From positions 94,183,530 through 94,247,529 of the forward strand of contig NC_092380.1 in the NCBI RefSeq assembly GCF_030028105.1: a stretch of 64,000 nucleotides of DNA. Direction: 5' to 3'. Position 1 is the first letter of the stretch. Every line of letters begins with the position of its first letter. Below are positions 62,996 to 64,000 of the stretch, in pieces. A program made the translations under genes and the position numbers. The notes below the pieces were generated by a model. The model was not told where the DNA came from. It was given only the letters and a program-made list of their open reading frames with translations, and made no database searches. This stretch comes from Mobula birostris. Its lineage: Eukaryota.

Positions 62996-63909
62996 CAAAC
63001 AACAGGAATTCTGCAGATGCTGGAAATTCAAGCAACACACATCAAAGTTGCTGGTGAACGCAGCAGGCCAGGCAGCATCTCTAGGAAGAGGTACAGTCGA
63101 CGTTTCAGGCCGAGACCCTTCGTCAGGACTAACTGAAGGAAGAGTGAGTAAGGGAGTTGAAAGTGGGAGGGGGAGGGGGAGATCCAAAATGATAGGAGAA
63201 GACGGGAGAGGGAGGGATGGAGCCAAGAGCTGGACAGGTGATTGGCAAAAGGGGATACGAGGGGATCATGGGACAAGAGGTCCGGGAAGAAAGACGGGGG
63301 GGGGGGGACCCAGAGGGTGGGCAAGGGATATATTCAGAGGGACAGAGGGAGAAAAAGGAGAGTGAGAGAAAGAATGTGTGCATAAAAATAAGTAACAGAT
63401 GGGGTACGAGGGGGAGGTGGGGCCTTAGCGGAAGTTAGAGAAGTCGATGTTCAAATATTCCGTCTGGGTAGCCTCCAACCTGATGGCATGAACATCGACT
63501 TCTCTAACTTCCGCTAAGGCCCCACCTCCCCCTCGTACTCCATCTGTTACTTATTTTTATGCACACATTCTTTCTCTCACTCTCCTTTTTCTCCCTCTGT
63601 CCCTCTGAATATACCCCTTGCCCACCCTCTGGGTCCCCCCCCCTTGTCTTTCTTCCCGGACCTCCTGTCCCATGATCCTCTCGTATCCCCTTTTGCCTAT
63701 CACCTGTCCAGCTCTTGGCTCTATCCTTCCCCCTCCTGTCTTCTCCTATCATTTTGGATCTCCCCCTCCCCCTCCAACTTTCAAATCCCTTACTCACTCT
63801 TCCTTCAGTTAGTCCTGACAAAGGGTCTCGGCCTGAAACGTCGACTGCACCTCTTCCTAGAGATGCTGCCTGGCCTGCTGCGTTCACCAGCAACTTTGAT
63901 GTGTGTTGC
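62996..63909. mobile_element. Young Penelope-like insertion with inverted pseudo-LTR (palindrome)
   Basis: Arms 63032-63453 and 63489-63909 are near-identical inverted copies; 35-nt spacer from the ORF end (IFRLGSLQPDGMNIDFSNFR*); TSD AAGAAAGAGAATT at 62983-62995 and 63910-63922. Confidence 0.92.
63095..63130 (-). ncRNA. Minimal type I hammerhead ribozyme of a Penelope-like element (intact core)
   Basis: AGTC-CTGACGA-AGGGTCTCGGCCT-GAAAC-GTC^GACT. Stem I AGTC/GACT, short stem II, loopless palindromic stem III (ACGT), as known for PLE hammerheads. Confidence 0.8.
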
Positions 63910-64000
63910 AAGAAAGAGAATTAAAGTTTTACATTGTCCTGCCTAGACAGATGGTGCCCAACTTTTCTGAATACTTCTGTCATATTCCGAATACTCATGG

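Noticed and set aside
62948-63946. Cluster of overlapping ORFs (also similar peptides at 3033-3621, 23011, 36054 and 52880)
   Set aside because: These are translations of the low-complexity Penelope 3' UTR and its palindrome, not genes.

Overview
This is vertebrate genomic DNA, not prokaryotic. The repeat landscape (CR1/HER1-like LINEs, V-SINE/HE1-like SINEs, Penelope, Rex1/Babar, HERO) suggests a cartilaginous fish, probably a batoid; that assignment is inference. The window holds five minus-strand coding exons of an anoctamin-3 (ANO3/TMEM16C) gene: 28336-28524, 23900-24013, 22438-22565, 12825-12983 and 1841-1941. They have canonical GT-AG sites and a continuous frame. The first coding exon was not found and probably lies beyond 64000. 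The rest is intron, densely filled with decayed and nested transposons. The most striking signal is in the 3' UTRs of three HERO-like (restriction-like-endonuclease) non-LTR retrotransposons from two subfamilies. Each carries a hammerhead-ribozyme core whose three strands are in a non-circularly permuted (pseudoknotted) order, and stem I covaries completely between the subfamilies. A second, conventional set of minimal hammerheads sits in Penelope-like element ends, including a ~420-bp-arm inverted repeat with a target-site duplication (TSD). Repeat boundaries without a TSD are approximate.
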